From Octopus sinensis (Eukaryota): a stretch of DNA of 64,000 nucleotides. The notes beneath the pieces are model-generated. The model worked only from the letters and a program-made list of their open reading frames with translations, did no database searches and was not told where the DNA came from. Of this stretch, positions 1-13,543 are shown piece after piece. The translations under genes were made by a program, and so were the position numbers. The stretch's first letter is position 1; each line of letters begins with the position of its first letter. Location: assembly GCF_006345805.1 (NCBI RefSeq), contig NC_043005.1, forward strand, positions 17,608,001-17,672,000, read 5' to 3'.

Positions 1-57
1 GTCCCTGTTGTCTCTGTTGCGAAGTACCTCCAGCCTCATTCTTTGGCAATTTCTTTG
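1..57 (-). CDS. Rab5: Rab5 last coding exon, truncated by the window edge (AKKLPKNEAGGTSQQRQQG...)
   Basis: Acceptor ttacAG at 59-58; phase-1 join gives IAKKLPKNE, typical of Rab5; the C-terminal prenylation cysteines lie outside the window. Confidence 0.93.
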
Positions 58-1676
58 CTGTAATTATAATAATTTTTATCATTAGATACAAGGATAATTA
101 AGAAGTCAATTATCAAAAAAAAAAAAAAAAAAAAATTCAGATTTTAACATCAATATAAATAAAATTTCTTTTTCTTGAAATTACCAAGATCCTGTTAAGT
201 GCTAACATTTTAGTGTGCCTCTAAGACAAACACACTAAACTACACAAATCAGATTATTAAACGTATCGAGCAAATGAGAAAAACCAATGTAATCCCCACA
301 AATCAAGCTGCTTTCTTAAACACAGGAAGAATATAATGTAAACCTATAAATCACTAAAAAGACAAAATCATGGCTGGGACATCTTTGATAATCTGTTTGA
401 TCAGGATTGACCTTGGGCTGAACAAGAACATGACTTCATTCTCATCATGATCATAGACTCAAAGAGGTTTATCCAGAACTAACAGAGCATTTTTACTTTT
501 AGCCTCCTTAAAATTTAAATTGCTTGAGAGGATCTCCTTCGTTGATAATGTCTTTTCTTTAGCTTCACTGAAATCTTTACTAAAACAAATTTTGATTTAG
601 AAAAAAAAAAAGCCTCAGAAATCTTACCTACATTGATGAATTAGCAGAAATAACAATCAAAGAATAATAAGAGTAAAATATGTGAAGGTAAAATTTCAAA
701 TGAATGAAAAATTATCGAAGGTGTGTAAAACCAAAAACTCACAATACAAATACCCTAATTGTAAAAAAAAAAACCCATCAAAACTGAATTTTGAAAACAA
801 TTTGTTTTCAGTTTTAAAAGTGATTAAAGAAACATGTAACCTGTTTACTTAAAAAGTAAACCTTTTTTTCTTGATGTATTGCTGGGATATATAGAAGACA
901 TAAGCAAAAGCTTAAATAGCTTATTGAATACTTCTGTTCTTTATATACTCTCTTGTTTTCTTTCAATACTAAAAAATATATTGAATGATCAAAAGGCCAC
1001 AAAGTTTGTATATTGGTATAAAGCCAGAAAAAAATAAAAATGAAAGCTAAGGGAGATAAGCAATTCCAAAGCCTAATTTCAGTGTATTTAAATTCAACCT
1101 TTAATTTAATCATGTATTGAGGAAAAATTGGAGCACATTCAATAATGATAGAATTTAACAAATGGAAACATTCAACAGACTACTTTAAGTTTACACTTGT
1201 CCTTAACATCATATCCCTGCAATGCACTTTTAATGTTTTCAAAGTAAACCTGTTTCTCACACTCTCTTAAAACTGTAAATGTCTTTTAAGACTGCTTTCT
1301 TTTTTCTTTTTAAGTTATCTCTAAAATGTTTTGAAGCCAGAAGATTGCACCAGGTTTCACTCTCCATGCCAAAACAGATAGTAAAAGCCTAGCGCAGTCC
1401 TCTGGCTTGCCAGCTCCTCTCAAACCATCCAACCCATGCCAGTATGGAAAACGAATGTTAAATGACAATGATGGATAAGTTTTCATCTTTTGTCATTACT
1501 GCATTCAGTATTCTGAATTTTTCAAGCTACTGACATTCTGATTTTTCCCTAATTTAAAATTTGCCATTCTTGAGTTCAACCTGCAATCTTCTCAGAAACT
1601 GGAGGTTGTTACTCATAAACACTAAGCATTAACAGTTCATTACTTTTTCATTATTATCTATTTGCTACACTATGCT

Positions 1677-1904
1677 TTTAGCCTTTTAGTACCCAGATTA
1701 TTCAATCAAATGTAATATTTATTCAATATTGTTTTGAATTTACCCTGCATTATCTCATAACACTGAGATTTCAATTATGTAGCTGTATATTTTTTAGACT
1801 AAGAATGTAGGGTATGTGTGAGAGGCAGGATCTGGCTAGTCTGAACAATAAAACAGGTAGAGTATTTTGACCAGATATGGTTGGTTCAAATGCTAAAGGC
1901 TTAA
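1677..1904 (+). mobile_element. piggyBac-like MITE family P1, diverged
   Basis: Colinear with 18401-18628; ends ...aaatgctaaaggcttaa. Confidence 0.65.
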
Positions 1905-3252
1905 ATTTTTGGTAGGAAAAGCTTACCGAGAGCACTGCTCAATGTAATATGTCATAAATTTGCTTAGGATTCTGAACTCAAGCACTTTATCAGAGAATTT
2001 TTGCCATCTCTCCACAGCCAGATTTTCAAGTCCTCCAGATCATTACAGTACACACTTTCCCAAAATATTCAATAAAATAATCTCATTAAATCCAGTTCCT
2101 CACCCTCATTTCTCATCCTATTAAGGAACCTCTAGTTCTTTTGGTTGAGGCCAAGACCTCAGTGTAGTCAACCTGCAGCAGAGATCTTTTCTCATCCACA
2201 GATTACCTTACTGTCCAGTAATTTTTGTACATCATTTGTTGTTAACATTTTTATTAAACTACAGGGGTTCTTTTTACAAAAAAAATACAAAATAATTAGA
2301 AGTTGGTGTTCATGACCCCAGTCAAGGAACAGTAATTCTCACTAGAACCTCAAATCTAGTTAATCCCAGCAATTATTTCCCATTTTATGATAAATCCACT
2401 ATATCTGATGAAGATAGATAACAGTAAATTCCACCCCCAGGACACTACTGGTATAATTTACCATCAGGATTTTGATTGAACACAAAGAAAACATCAAAAA
2501 CTAGCATGAACATTTGTCATTCCACAGCTTCAGAATTGTTTCTGACTTTAGGTAAGGTTATTAGAGAGAGAGAGGGAGATGGTCATTTGGACCCTAAACT
2601 CACACCCTTACAAGACTAACTATAGTTAGGTCTGACAATATAAAATATTATTTTGCTGCTTAAAAAAGGCAATAGCATTGATCCTGACTGCAGTATGATA
2701 TTGGTATTTATTTAACTGCTCTAACAGCTGTTTCTGATTAAATGTACAATATATAACTGCTTCTAAGGTAGCTTATATAGACACAAAACTAGACATTTTG
2801 TAGGGGTAAGCTAGTGCACCAAATATGTAACTGGTTCTATAATTACATGAACCCCAAATATCTCTGAAGTTTGAAAAATAAAGCTGTACACAAAAAGGGA
2901 CATAATACTGCAAGGTATTTTATTTGCTACTCTACGACCCATGTTCCAATAACAGCATCAATAAAATACACCAATTATGGCAGGTTTTGACCCTGGAATG
3001 TTGAGGAACAAAAAGATATATAAAGTATTTTGCTTGATGTTTTACAATTTCAGCCAGCTGACTATCTTAAAAAAGTCTAAGACACGAAAGATTTGAAAGC
3101 CAATGTTTAATTCTGGAGTTCATGGTATGAAGAGAGAAATCATCCCATGGGAAGGGAGCCAATCTATCTCTGACACTTTTGTTTTAGACCCACACTGAAA
3201 TAAAAATGAATTAGAATTAACAATTGACAAATAAAAGGAGTCATCTACTTAC

Positions 3253-3346
3253 CAATAGCAAGGAATATTTCATTGACATTCATTGCAGTTTTGGCCGATG
3301 TTTCCATGAATAACAAACTATTTTCATCTGCATAAGCTTGTGCCTC
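3253..3346 (-). CDS. Rab5: Rab5 coding exon 4 (94 nt, [31 protein letters not shown])
   Basis: ETSAK G5 motif; acceptor ttacAG at 3348-3347; donor G|GTAAGT. Confidence 0.97.
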
Positions 3347-3903
3347 CTGTAATGTAAAGTTGAGTCTTGCAACAACAACATCAATAGCCCCCAGAAACAC
3401 CACATACAAAAGAATGGCTCTTTGTATAAAAGTTTTGTACAACATGAGAAAGAAGATTTAGTTCTAGCAAATACTGAAACTTATAGAATGAAGAATATAT
3501 TTCAGGTTATTCCTTTCCGTATCGATTTGATTACATCAACCCCGAATACTTGACTGATATTTTATCAACATCAAAACGATGAAAGAGAAAGGTAACTAAA
3601 TGATTCCTGACCCATGTCATTAGCCCACAAATCGGAGGAAGGGTCTAGTTGATTAAATAGATGCCCCTCCCCAGTTCTTGACAGGTATTTCATTTTTATG
3701 ATCCTGAAATATGAAAGTTAAAGCTGAGCTTGGCAGGATTTAAAATTTTTAAAAGCAGTGACAAAATACTAAAGGGCATTATCCAATACTCTAATGATCT
3801 TGCCAATCTTAATGATCATTGACTAATAGTTTTTTTTTGTTGTTGTTGTTTTTACTCACAACTCACTTTACATTTAATTCTAATTAACATATTTAACATA
3901 TTG

Positions 3904-3969
3904 TCCAACCCATGCTCGCAGTCCAACCCATGCTAGCATGGAAAACGGACGCTAAATGATGATGATGAT
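3904..3969 (+). mobile_element. RTE-type 3' tail fragment (SINE family C) with a duplicated 5' part
   Basis: tccaacccatgct occurs twice, then agcatggaaaacggacgctaaa(tga)n, matching the tail at 13490-13543. Confidence 0.75.
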
Positions 3970-4152
3970 CTGTGGTGAATCATTCTCTCAAAACACTGCT
4001 CTAACTACACACAAACAGGTTCATACAGGGGAGAACCCATATCAATGTGATATCTGTGGTGAATCATTCTCTGTTGGCAGTAGCTTAAATCAACACAGAC
4101 ATACTCATACAGGTTAGAAAATCATAATTTAACTAAACACAAGCATATTCCT
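3968..4152 (+). pseudogene. C2H2 zinc-finger array fragment
   Basis: Translates [49 protein letters not shown] (TAG 4115-4117), then a frameshifted half finger NLTKHKHI. Confidence 0.88.
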
Positions 4153-4279
4153 ATTGAAATCATTGCTGAATTAAACACAAGTGCATTCCTTATCAATTGG
4201 ATTCATAACACAGTAATATTTTTTTCACTACAATCATCATCATCAATAGATGGAATATTAAAATCTAACACTGACTTAT

Positions 4280-4490
4280 AAAATAAAGTTTCAAAGTTCT
4301 GGCAAAGTCAACAATTTTAGGGGAATGCAGTTAGTTGATTACACTGACCCCCCCAATACATGACTGGTACTTTCTTGCATTAATCTCAAAAGGATGAAGG
4401 GCAAAGTTTACCTCGGCAGCATTTCAACTCAGAACACAAAGAGCTGGAAGAAATACTGCTAAGCATTCTGCCAGCTCATTGCCCTCACTA
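4280..4490 (-). mobile_element. Diverged SINE family A
   Basis: aaaggatgaagggcaaagtt, aactcagaac and tctgccagctc are the reverse complement of the family A core and head. Confidence 0.7.
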
Positions 4491-4969
4491 ATAAAATAAT
4501 CCTTTCCACTATAGGCACAAGGCCTGAAATTAGAACTCAGAACGTTAAGATGGACAAAATGACACCATTGTATGCTTTACAATGTTTTACATATGCAGTG
4601 ATAAGTAGAGAGAAACGGGACTATGAATATATATATATATACATAAAAGAAAAGAGTTGAGAATGACATACCTAGAGTGCACAAGTTTTAATATCTCAAC
4701 TCTGTGTTTGTATTAATAATGATAGAAAAATTAAAGTAATGGAAGCCGCTTTTCTTTATATGCAGATATGAAAATATGGATTTTTCCAAGGAAAATATTG
4801 CTTAAATCCATTTTTCTATCTGTGTTAATTTCCTTTAAAAAGAAAAAACTTTTTTATACCTGAATATAAAGAAAAGATACATCCCTTGCTTTTGACTAAT
4901 TTTTATACCATTATTAATATACTTCACTGTACACTAACAAGAACTTTTCTTTCCTACACTCACTCACAA

Positions 4970-5277
4970 TATATATATAACTGAGAATGTGTGTCTGTCT
5001 GTGTTTCCCTAAAACTTGAGAACTACACAACCAATTTCATTCAAATTTTTCACATGTCTTACTTAGGGTCCATGTAGTTTCAAGGGCAAAAAAAATGTTC
5101 AACTTCTTGTCTAGGGCGAGCCCATAGCAATATCATATCTTCTCCACTATTTCAGTATTACGTGTTAAAAGTGAAACAAAAACATTTCTCTATTTTATGT
5201 CAGATACTTTCACTTTAACAATAAAAATTAGAGATAACTAGCATTATGACCTGTCGTTGCCGGGTCATAGTGCTAGT
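4970..5277 (+). mobile_element. Non-autonomous Helitron-like element
   Basis: 5' TA run and (tgtc)n; 3' hairpin actagcattatgacc/ggtcatagtgctagt (5237-5277) ending CTAG-T; a second partial copy at ~28300-28495. Confidence 0.65.
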
Positions 5278-6059
5278 GTGTATATATATATATATATATA
5301 ATTTACAAGATAAGGACAAAAGAAAAATCCTAATGCCAAAAATCCTACATTAGTTATATATATATATAAACATGGGATACTGAGAGACTGAACTCATTAA
5401 TTGTTTCATCTGCAAGCATCTAAGATAGGAGTTGGCTATTGCAAGTAAATGCTACATGGGAAGCTGCTATTCAAATAATGGATTTATTAATGATGGAAGC
5501 TTATTTTTCTTTTTAATGCAAACGTTTGTGTTATCTGATATGAATTTACCAGTCCCCATTGCAAGTAAGATTGTAATTTTGTTTAAATTTGTATTGTAAT
5601 TGGAATAGGCTAATTATAGTCTCCTTAATTCTGATATCAAAACTGAGTGTTTGTAATTTGATGCAGAACAAATACTGCAAAGATATTCATTTGAAAAGCA
5701 CAAGTTTTGCAGTATTTCCAATGCTGTTTACATCCATTACTGATATACGTCATTAAAAAAAAAATACAACACATTACCACACAGCTTCCCAGTTTACAAA
5801 ATTCCATTCTCAAAGTATTAAGTGAACCCAGGGTCATGAGAAAAATCACTTGCACTAAGTGCTGCACAGAGGGATCAAAGCCTGAGCTATATGGTTGCAA
5901 AGAAAACCTCTCAAGCAAACAGCCATATAAGGCAGATCTTACATTCTCTTGGGTTTAAAATGCTGACAAATTAAATTACGTCTGACTGCTCTAAAGTGCT
6001 TCCAGGTAACAGAATCCTGTCCTGTCTTTTGTCGTTCATCAGTAGCAGTGAAAATAAAT

Positions 6060-6272
6060 TTAACCCATTAATGTTAAGATTTTTTTTGTCAAATTTAATA
6101 CTTATTCATTCACATTGTTTTAAATTAATCATGCATAATCTTGTAACTTAGAGATTATGATGAAATGATTGACATTATAGGGTAGATGGCAGAGGCCAGA
6201 TCTGGCTGGTTAAGCATAAAACAAGATGAGTATCTGGGCTGGATATGGCTGGTTTAAATGCTGAAGGGTCAA
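6060..6272 (+). mobile_element. piggyBac-like MITE family P1
   Basis: ttaaccc...gaagggtcaa ends; shared core aattaatcatgcat and ccagatctgg. Confidence 0.7.
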
Positions 6273-6287
6273 ATATTTTTCTCTCTC

Positions 6288-6515
6288 GGCGAGCTGGCAG
6301 AAACGTCAGCATGCCGGGCAAAATACGTAGCCATATTTCATCTGCAGTTACGTTCTGAGTTCAAATTCCGCTGTGGTCGACTTTGCCTTTCATCCTTTCG
6401 GGGTCGATAAATTTAGTACCAGTTACACACTGGGGTCAGTATAATCGACTTAATCCGTGTGTCTGTCCTTGTTTGTCTCCTCTGTGTTTAGCCCCTTGTG
6501 GGTAGTAAAGAAATA
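6288..6515 (+). mobile_element. tRNA-derived SINE family A (tail type 1)
   Basis: Head ggcgagctggcagaaacg with B-box-like gagttcaaattcc; core gactttgcctttcatcctttcggggtcgataaa; tail ...gccccttgtggg...aaagaaata. Confidence 0.9.
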
Positions 6516-6780
6516 TATATTTATTTCTCTGTCACTAACTACTGCATATGTTTAAGTACTTATTTTAGATTTGTTTAAAAATTTGGGTAGAATCAAAAAC
6601 AAAATTTTAAGAGACGAAGAACACAATAAACTTGAAAAAAAGAATACGTAATTTTCTCAGGTTTTGCAATTACGTTTATGATATTAAACAGACAATTACA
6701 TACAGATAAAGAAAAATAGGGGAAAAAAAACAAAAAAACAAAAAACAGAAAAAGCTTATGTAGAAAATGATTTAACATAC

Positions 6781-6903
6781 CTCATTTTCTACCATTCGTT
6801 TGTTTGCAAGATCAGCCTTGTTCCCTGCTAAAGCTATAACAATATTTGGACTGGCTTGTCGCTGCAATTCCTTTACCCAAGATTTAGCTCGACTAAAAGT
6901 ATC
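6781..6903 (-). CDS. Rab5: Rab5 coding exon 3 (123 nt, [41 protein letters not shown])
   Basis: GNKAD G4 motif; acceptor cacAG at 6905-6904; donor GAG|GTATGT; phase 0/0. Confidence 0.97.
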
Positions 6904-7379
6904 CTGTGTAGACAAAAAGGAGAAAATAATATTTCACTGCTGAACTTCTAACATTGACACTGATAATTACATACAGATACACACATGACAATAAGTAGCA
7001 AGGATAGAAACATTTAATATATTCACTAGAAGAATAAAAGTTCTTTTTCGATGAAATACTACCACCATATCTGAGAAGAAATAGATTTCCTGGCAAACTC
7101 AGAAATAATTGTTTCTTGAGTAATAATTTCAAAGCATTCATAGATCAGGGTGGAAAGATGCAAGTGCTGGAAAATTCTCAATTATTTTTCATAAAATCAT
7201 TTATTGCATTTGAATTTAAATAATTGTCATTTGTCTACAATCTTGGATATTTACAGAATTTTAAAAATTTTATTACTTGAAATTCTCCATCATGTTCAAT
7301 GGGCAATGCAAGATCAGTGAAATATGAGAGAGAGAGAGAGAGAGCGTACAAAAGAGAGAGAGAGAAAAGACATTAAATA

Positions 7380-7950
7380 GTTCATTACAATAGAGAAGGA
7401 AACGTGTTGGAGACATTACCAAACCTTGGTGTATGCAAGTGTGTGGGACAGAGGCTCTATTGGCACATAGTGTAGTTTGACAAAGAGATTTCTGATCAAG
7501 AAATGAGACAGAAGACAACTTAGCCAGGAAGTTCTTATGTCAAAGGAATTGCTTGATATCAGGTACAACTAAATGACTTAAAATCTTCAAGAGTGAACAA
7601 TTACTCATGAGTGACACAGAAGAGCAAATCTTTAATAGATCTGATGGTGACTGAAGAGAAAAAGAGACAAAGTGATGAAGGAGGCCATTAACATCCATTT
7701 CATTCACTTTTGAGATGTTGGATATATGAGCAAATAGGTTAATAACTTGCAGGTTTGGAGGTGTTCCCTTTTTGGAGGAGGAGGAAGGGTTCAAAATTTG
7801 TTTTAAAAAGAACTAGGGCTAATTGTAAATTGGAAAGTGCACCTTTTGAAGAGATGTTGTATTAACTGAGAGTGATCAAGGAGAGTGATCAGGGAGATTG
7901 TGAAACTGGGGTTGTGGAGATGGAGAGTTAAAGAGTATTAATTATACACA
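7380..7950 (-). pseudogene. Highly decayed LINE RT N-terminal relic
   Basis: SVSLMSNCSLLKILSHLV resembles the RPISLL..KILE motif; weak. Confidence 0.35.
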
Positions 7951-10119
7951 GTGTGAAAGGGTTGTTTTTTTTTTTCCTCACCAAATGTGCTACAGTCTGT
8001 GGCACTTGGGTTAAGGTGTGATGGCTTGGAGGATTCCACCAAGTTGGTTTAAATCATCTTGGTAAAGGATCAGCTGATTCTGCTGTGGTTGGGAAGGTAG
8101 GTCTTCCAGGCAACGTTATGCACAAAAGCAGCTCTCATCCAAAACAACCAATCAGCCAGTATGCTTCACTTATAAAACAAGGAAATATCAAAGACAGAGC
8201 AGTCTACTTTTTCACAATTCTGTTAGTTTATACATTAAACACATTAATCACGAAACTTTGAGCCAACAAAAAGTTAAGTGTTTATGAAAAAGCTATGCAA
8301 GTGAAATATGGTAAATGGAAGTTGTAGAAGCTGGTTGGAAGGACTGGTCTTGTTCTTGGATAAGATTTCATCTGCAGCTTGATTTAGCACTGTCACCTGG
8401 CCTTTGCATGCCTTTAGTTGAATCCACTCCATTGCAAGCCTTTCAGCCTCTACTCTTGAGGATAAATTCCTCCTTTCAGTCAGAGATCTTGAAAAGTGTC
8501 ATGAGCATTGCCATTTCTTCTTTGACTAACCCATATAAAGAGTCAACGTAAGACATGGATGGGTTTCATCAGACTAAATGAAGACGCCTCTTTAGCATCT
8601 GCACCTACAATTAAATGTTATGGAAATCATCTTCAGGCTCACGCAAGTAATGAACAGATGGCTTTGTAAACAATTTATCCAAATGGTTTTCAGAGTTGGT
8701 GTTAGTGTCTTCACAAAACTATCAAGGAACGTTGGGATTATTTAAAGACACTTAAGGGTGAAGGCATTCTGAAAGCACTGTTGAATTAGTTGTTCACCCT
8801 TTCACTCTTCCCATGTTGTATACCTATCTTCCATAGTGTTGTGTAACCTGAATAACTCTTTAGAGTGAGGGCATAAGAAACGAGGTGAAAAATTGTTCTG
8901 GATAAAACCTGTCTAACCCATGCAAGCATGGAAAAATGGCTGTAAAATGATGATGTAGATGGACACAGTTAAGTGGTTGATGTTATATATTTATACACAA
9001 ATTATAAATATTTAGAAATGACAGGCAGCAAAATATACCTGCAAAGATAGTCTGCCTCACCATCTTTCCACTGATTTTGAAATTGTAAACCAAGCCCTCA
9101 GACTTTCTTTTCCCACTGTCCTTGACAACATAGACCCAGCTGCCATTAATTCATCACAAGTCTGCTTGAAAGCTAAACTGGAATCCACTACCTAGTTTCA
9201 AGGAAACAGCCTCATTACTAGTCTCCTCGGTTACCACTGTAGGCTATCTTTCTATATTTGAATTAAGCAGGTTGATATAATTTCATTTCTCTTATTTAAA
9301 TGCCTCAGATTGAAGGACATGAGCTGCTTTATGGTGCATGCAAAACTACCATCACATTATGGCTATACTGAGTGTTTACTATCTACAATTTATTAATAAT
9401 GTTCATTATCATTTTGTAAGTTTCCAAATTAACAATATAGGCTTCAGAAGCACATGTGACTCTAGATGCCTTCAATTTTCCTGACAAACTATGCCCAAAC
9501 CCTTTCAATCTAATACTAAGTTCCTTTGGAAGTTAACCTGAGTTTTCAATGATAAGAGACACTGATTGCCAGAAGCCTCAGACTAACATGGTAATAAAGG
9601 CAACCTGAGAGTTCTGCAATGAGCTCTTGGTGTAGTTATAACTAAGACTCTCTCCTCATGACAACATGGAAGCTAACATTCCCCAAGTTTTAGACAGCCA
9701 TAAAGAGCCATTACATAGTTAAACCTACTCCAACATCATTTGACAGATAGCTTCTCAGTTGTATGGAAGGCAACTCAAGTAGGAAGTTGAGCGCTCTATA
9801 CAATCTAACTGTATGTGTAGAGGGTTCAACACTAGCTACACAGAGACTCCACAAGCCACAGGGAAAGTGGCTCCATCTAGAAGAGTAAAATGTCCAAATC
9901 TGGTGCTGACAACTCTAGTGATAATGATGTGATATAATGCACCTAATTCGCACAGTAAAGGGGTTGTGGGATATGAAGGGCATCCAACTGTAACTCACAT
10001 ATCAAAAAAATATAACAAAGATCAGTAGCTTTCTCTGATGTCATGTGTAGCAGATGGCAAAAGGCAAGGCAAGGCACTATGCCAGAATGGAGCCATCCAA
10101 TCTGTGCCAGAAAAAAAAA

Positions 10120-10889
10120 ATATATGAACAAGAGGTTGCAGATGAACTAAATGTTGATCATCTGTACTGTACTGGAAAATTAAAATAGCCCAACAAGAGG
10201 ATGTTACATAAGCTGGACAAAAAGAAAAAAAGAGACTCCCCACTAATACCTAAATCTGCTGTTTCTTTTGCTTAACAAAAGCTATACATTTTGATTTTTA
10301 ATCACATCTGAACAGAAACCAGATTCTGTACAACAACTGAACACACTGTGCAGTAATTGGACTGAGATAAAGCACCATAACACTCGTGACCACTGTTTCG
10401 TTGTAGCCAAATGGAATCATTCACTACAATTTCTTGAATCCAGGCAAAAACCATCACGACAAAGAAATACAATCAAGAAATAGACAAACTGCAACGTTTA
10501 CATCAACCACTGACTGGTCAATCAAAAAGAACCAATTCTTCTCCATTACAATACCCGACTATCATATCCCACTTATGTTTGAGCAAAACTTAAACATAAT
10601 CAGCAATGAAACTACTACATGCAGGTTGTTCCCAAGATCTTTCTTCAACTAATCACTATTTTTTTCAAGCATCTTGACAACTTCCTGTATAAGAATGTCT
10701 TTACTAAACAAGCAGCAGCTCAAAACACTACAAAGAATTCATCAGTTCTAGGACTTCAAAAATTCTGTGCTATATATTTTTTCTCTTGTTGGCAAAAATG
10801 AGCATATTCTGATGGTTATGATTAATAAAACTGAGATACACTGTTTTAAAGGTGATGGTTAAAACTGATTATTTTTGCACCAACCTAAT
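10120..10889 (+). pseudogene. Decayed mariner transposase (Hsmar1/cecropia-like) with 3' TIR
   Basis: Fragments EVADELNVDH, GIIHYNFLNPG, PILLHYNTR (approx. HDNARPH), FFKHLDNFL and WQK; TIR attatttttgcaccaacctaat at ~10869-10889. Confidence 0.85.
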
Positions 10890-11498
10890 GTGTGTTTGAT
10901 GACTGCACCTGATAGCCAACATCATCACCACAGCTAATATCATCGTCTTCATTGTTTTAACATCCACTTTCCCATGTTTGCATGGGTCAGGTGGCCTCAT
11001 GCAATCATGGGTTGATCATTTTTTAAATACCACAAACACATACACAACTGTTGCTGAAGCAGGTTTCAAATCCTTGCAATTCCAGCTATTACATAAAAAA
11101 TTAATCCTGAAACACCAAGACACATCTTCAACATTATCCTAGAAACACTATCTGTCCTGCAACAGCAACATCAAACAACCCTAACTGATCTAATCATTGG
11201 GTTGGGTGGTATGCACACCACTAAATGGTAAGTGTAGAGGAGCAGCACCAGCTACCGCACTGTTCTGGCAGGGTCCATCTCATTTACCAGAATCACGAAG
11301 TGTGTAGAAACAAAGTGAAGAGAATATAACATGCCCACACAGCATCTCTTGTCCCATAAAAGAGGCAGAGACATAATACACCTGGTCACTTTGCAGACAC
11401 CCTACATGTTATAAGTAGACTCAATCAAAGCTGACCAGGAGCCAATTAACAACAATAGGGCTGACCAGGGCTACGCAGCAATAACTAAGAAGGCTTAC

Positions 11499-11650
11499 CT
11501 GATTTGTTATATCGTAGACCACAATTGCAGCTTGGGCTCCTCTGTAGTACATTGGAGCAAGACTGTGATATCGTTCTTGTCCAGCTGTGTCCCAAATTTC
11601 AAACTTTACTGTAGTATCATCAAGACAAACTGTCTGAGTCAGGAAGGCAG
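11499..11650 (-). CDS. Rab5: Rab5 coding exon 2 (152 nt, [51 protein letters not shown])
   Basis: WDTAGQE G3 motif; acceptor tttacAG at 11652-11651; donor CAG|GTAAGC; frame continues from exon 1. Missed by the ORF track. Confidence 0.97.
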
Positions 11651-12974
11651 CTGTAAAGAGAGAAACGGAGGATCAAAATTGCATTAAAGAAATCAAACAA
11701 TTTTTGTCAAAAAATTGAGTTTAAAAACTTTTTGGTGCTAAAGTTCTGAATTATTATGACATTTAACTGAAGCAAACAGAATTTCCAAGGATTCAGGAGC
11801 AAAACAATATTCTATTAAGGTGGTGTTTGGAATATAACCCAAAAGATGTTTACTGAAAAATAAATGGGGATGGTGTTTAACAATAAAAGATGAAGGCAAC
11901 ACAACAAAATATCGTTTTCATCCATGAAATTATGACATTTCAATTGAGACTTTAATTTTAACATGAATATTGGCAGTCTCAGGCAGGTTGGTATTGAGAG
12001 GCCTAATATTCAGAAGTAAGAGACTAGACATTTAAACACTTAATAGTTTAGAAAATGTAAAATCAGAGTTTTATTTGTTGCTACCATTTTATCTCCATAT
12101 TTAGCAGACCCCATTCAGCACCTAATTGTCCATCTCTCACTACCTACATCATGGAGCCAACCTCAGACTATTGTTGCTTTTCTCTCCAGTGTTGTAAATT
12201 ATTTTAGTTGCAATATGAGACTTTTAATTAACTCCTTGTATCACCTTATTTTCAATATGATCTCATAGCTAAAACAGTTGTACTGCTTCACTTCAATTCA
12301 AAGGTAAAAAATTTTTAAAAAAAAGACTGAAATTTGATATAAATGAGGAAGTGTTTTAAGGATATGAGAAAAATACAAGGGGTGTTATGTTTGTATCATT
12401 CCAACACACACACACACATTTAGAGAGAAAGAAAGAAGTTAAAAAGTTAGGATTGTTTCGTATCAATGCTGATTTAGTATAGAATAGTATAAATACCCAC
12501 CTGCCTTGGTCACCAAATATGAAAGCTTTGATATAACTCATTGATAAACCTATCTACTAACTGCCTTGGAGACAGCCTCACTCACACCCAGAATAACTTT
12601 GCAGCCCCTACATATCAATACAATAGAAACAACCAATATGCCAAGCCAAATCAAATTACCACCAAGTCTGCACATTCAGCAATGATGAATAGGAAGTGAA
12701 CTTTGCAAGATGCATCACAAGGTTGTCCCACTAGTATGGCAGTAACTTTCAAGAAGAACTTAAAGTGAATAGCATGGGCTATTTACTCCTCTTCATATGA
12801 AACAATTTCCATAGTGCCAGTGACATAAAACAAACTGAATCCACACAAAGAAATACACATCACCAAAGCTGGTTGTGGTTTTTTTTTCTCTTGTCTGCAC
12901 AAATTATATAGACCACAATAACCCACTCTATATATGTCAGCATGGAAAAATAGATGTATCCTGTGTGTGTGTGT

Positions 12975-13543
12975 GAATATATATACTGAATTCAAAATCG
13001 AACCAAATTCAACAACTGGTACCCATGCCAACATCCCTTCATTGGACACTAAGCTCTGCTTGCGAAAACCTGTTGGCGTAAGTGAAATCGAAATTGAACC
13101 AAATTCAACGTCTGGCACCCGTGCCAGTGGAGCTCTAACAGCTCCATCCAAGCAGGATCATTGCCAGAGCAGTGGTGGGCACATAAAAAGCACCACTTGA
13201 GCGTGATCGTTACCAGCGTCGCCTTACTGGCACGTGAACAAAACATTCGAGCGAGGTCATTGCCAGTGCCGCTGGACTGACTCCTGGGCAGGTGACACAT
13301 AAAGAAACACCATTTCGAGCGTGGCCATAGCCAGTACCGCCAGACTGGCCCTCATGCAGGTGGCACGTAAAAGCAACCACTACACTCTCGGAGTGGTTGG
13401 TGTTAGGAAGGGCATCCAGCCGTGGAAGCTCTGCCAAATCAGATTGGAGCCTGACGCAGCCATCTGGTTCACCAGTCCTCAGTCAAATCGTCCAACCCAT
13501 GCTAACATGGAAAGTGGACGTTAAAGGATGATGATGATGATGA
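12975..13543 (+). mobile_element. RTE-tailed SINE or non-autonomous retroelement, family C (longest copy)
   Basis: ggtgttaggaagggcatccagccgt core and tccaacccatgc...ggacgttaaa-(tga)n tail; fragments also at ~1340-1475, 8870-8955, 20880-21120, 24535-24990 (-), 40430-40580 (-) and 60760-60990. Confidence 0.75.

Noticed and set aside
3347-3445. N-terminal extension of ORF 3245-3445
   Set aside because: Intron read-through; Rab5 similarity starts at the AG acceptor (3346).
9030-9050. AG|GT recursive-splice-like sites on the minus strand (also ~622-635)
   Set aside because: Expected by chance in AT-rich introns, and the host introns are only 3-5 kb.
12990-13130. HDV- or twister-like ribozyme in the family C 5' region
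   Set aside because: Some stems exist (gccaaca/tgttggc), but the required pseudoknot pairings could not be assembled by eye.
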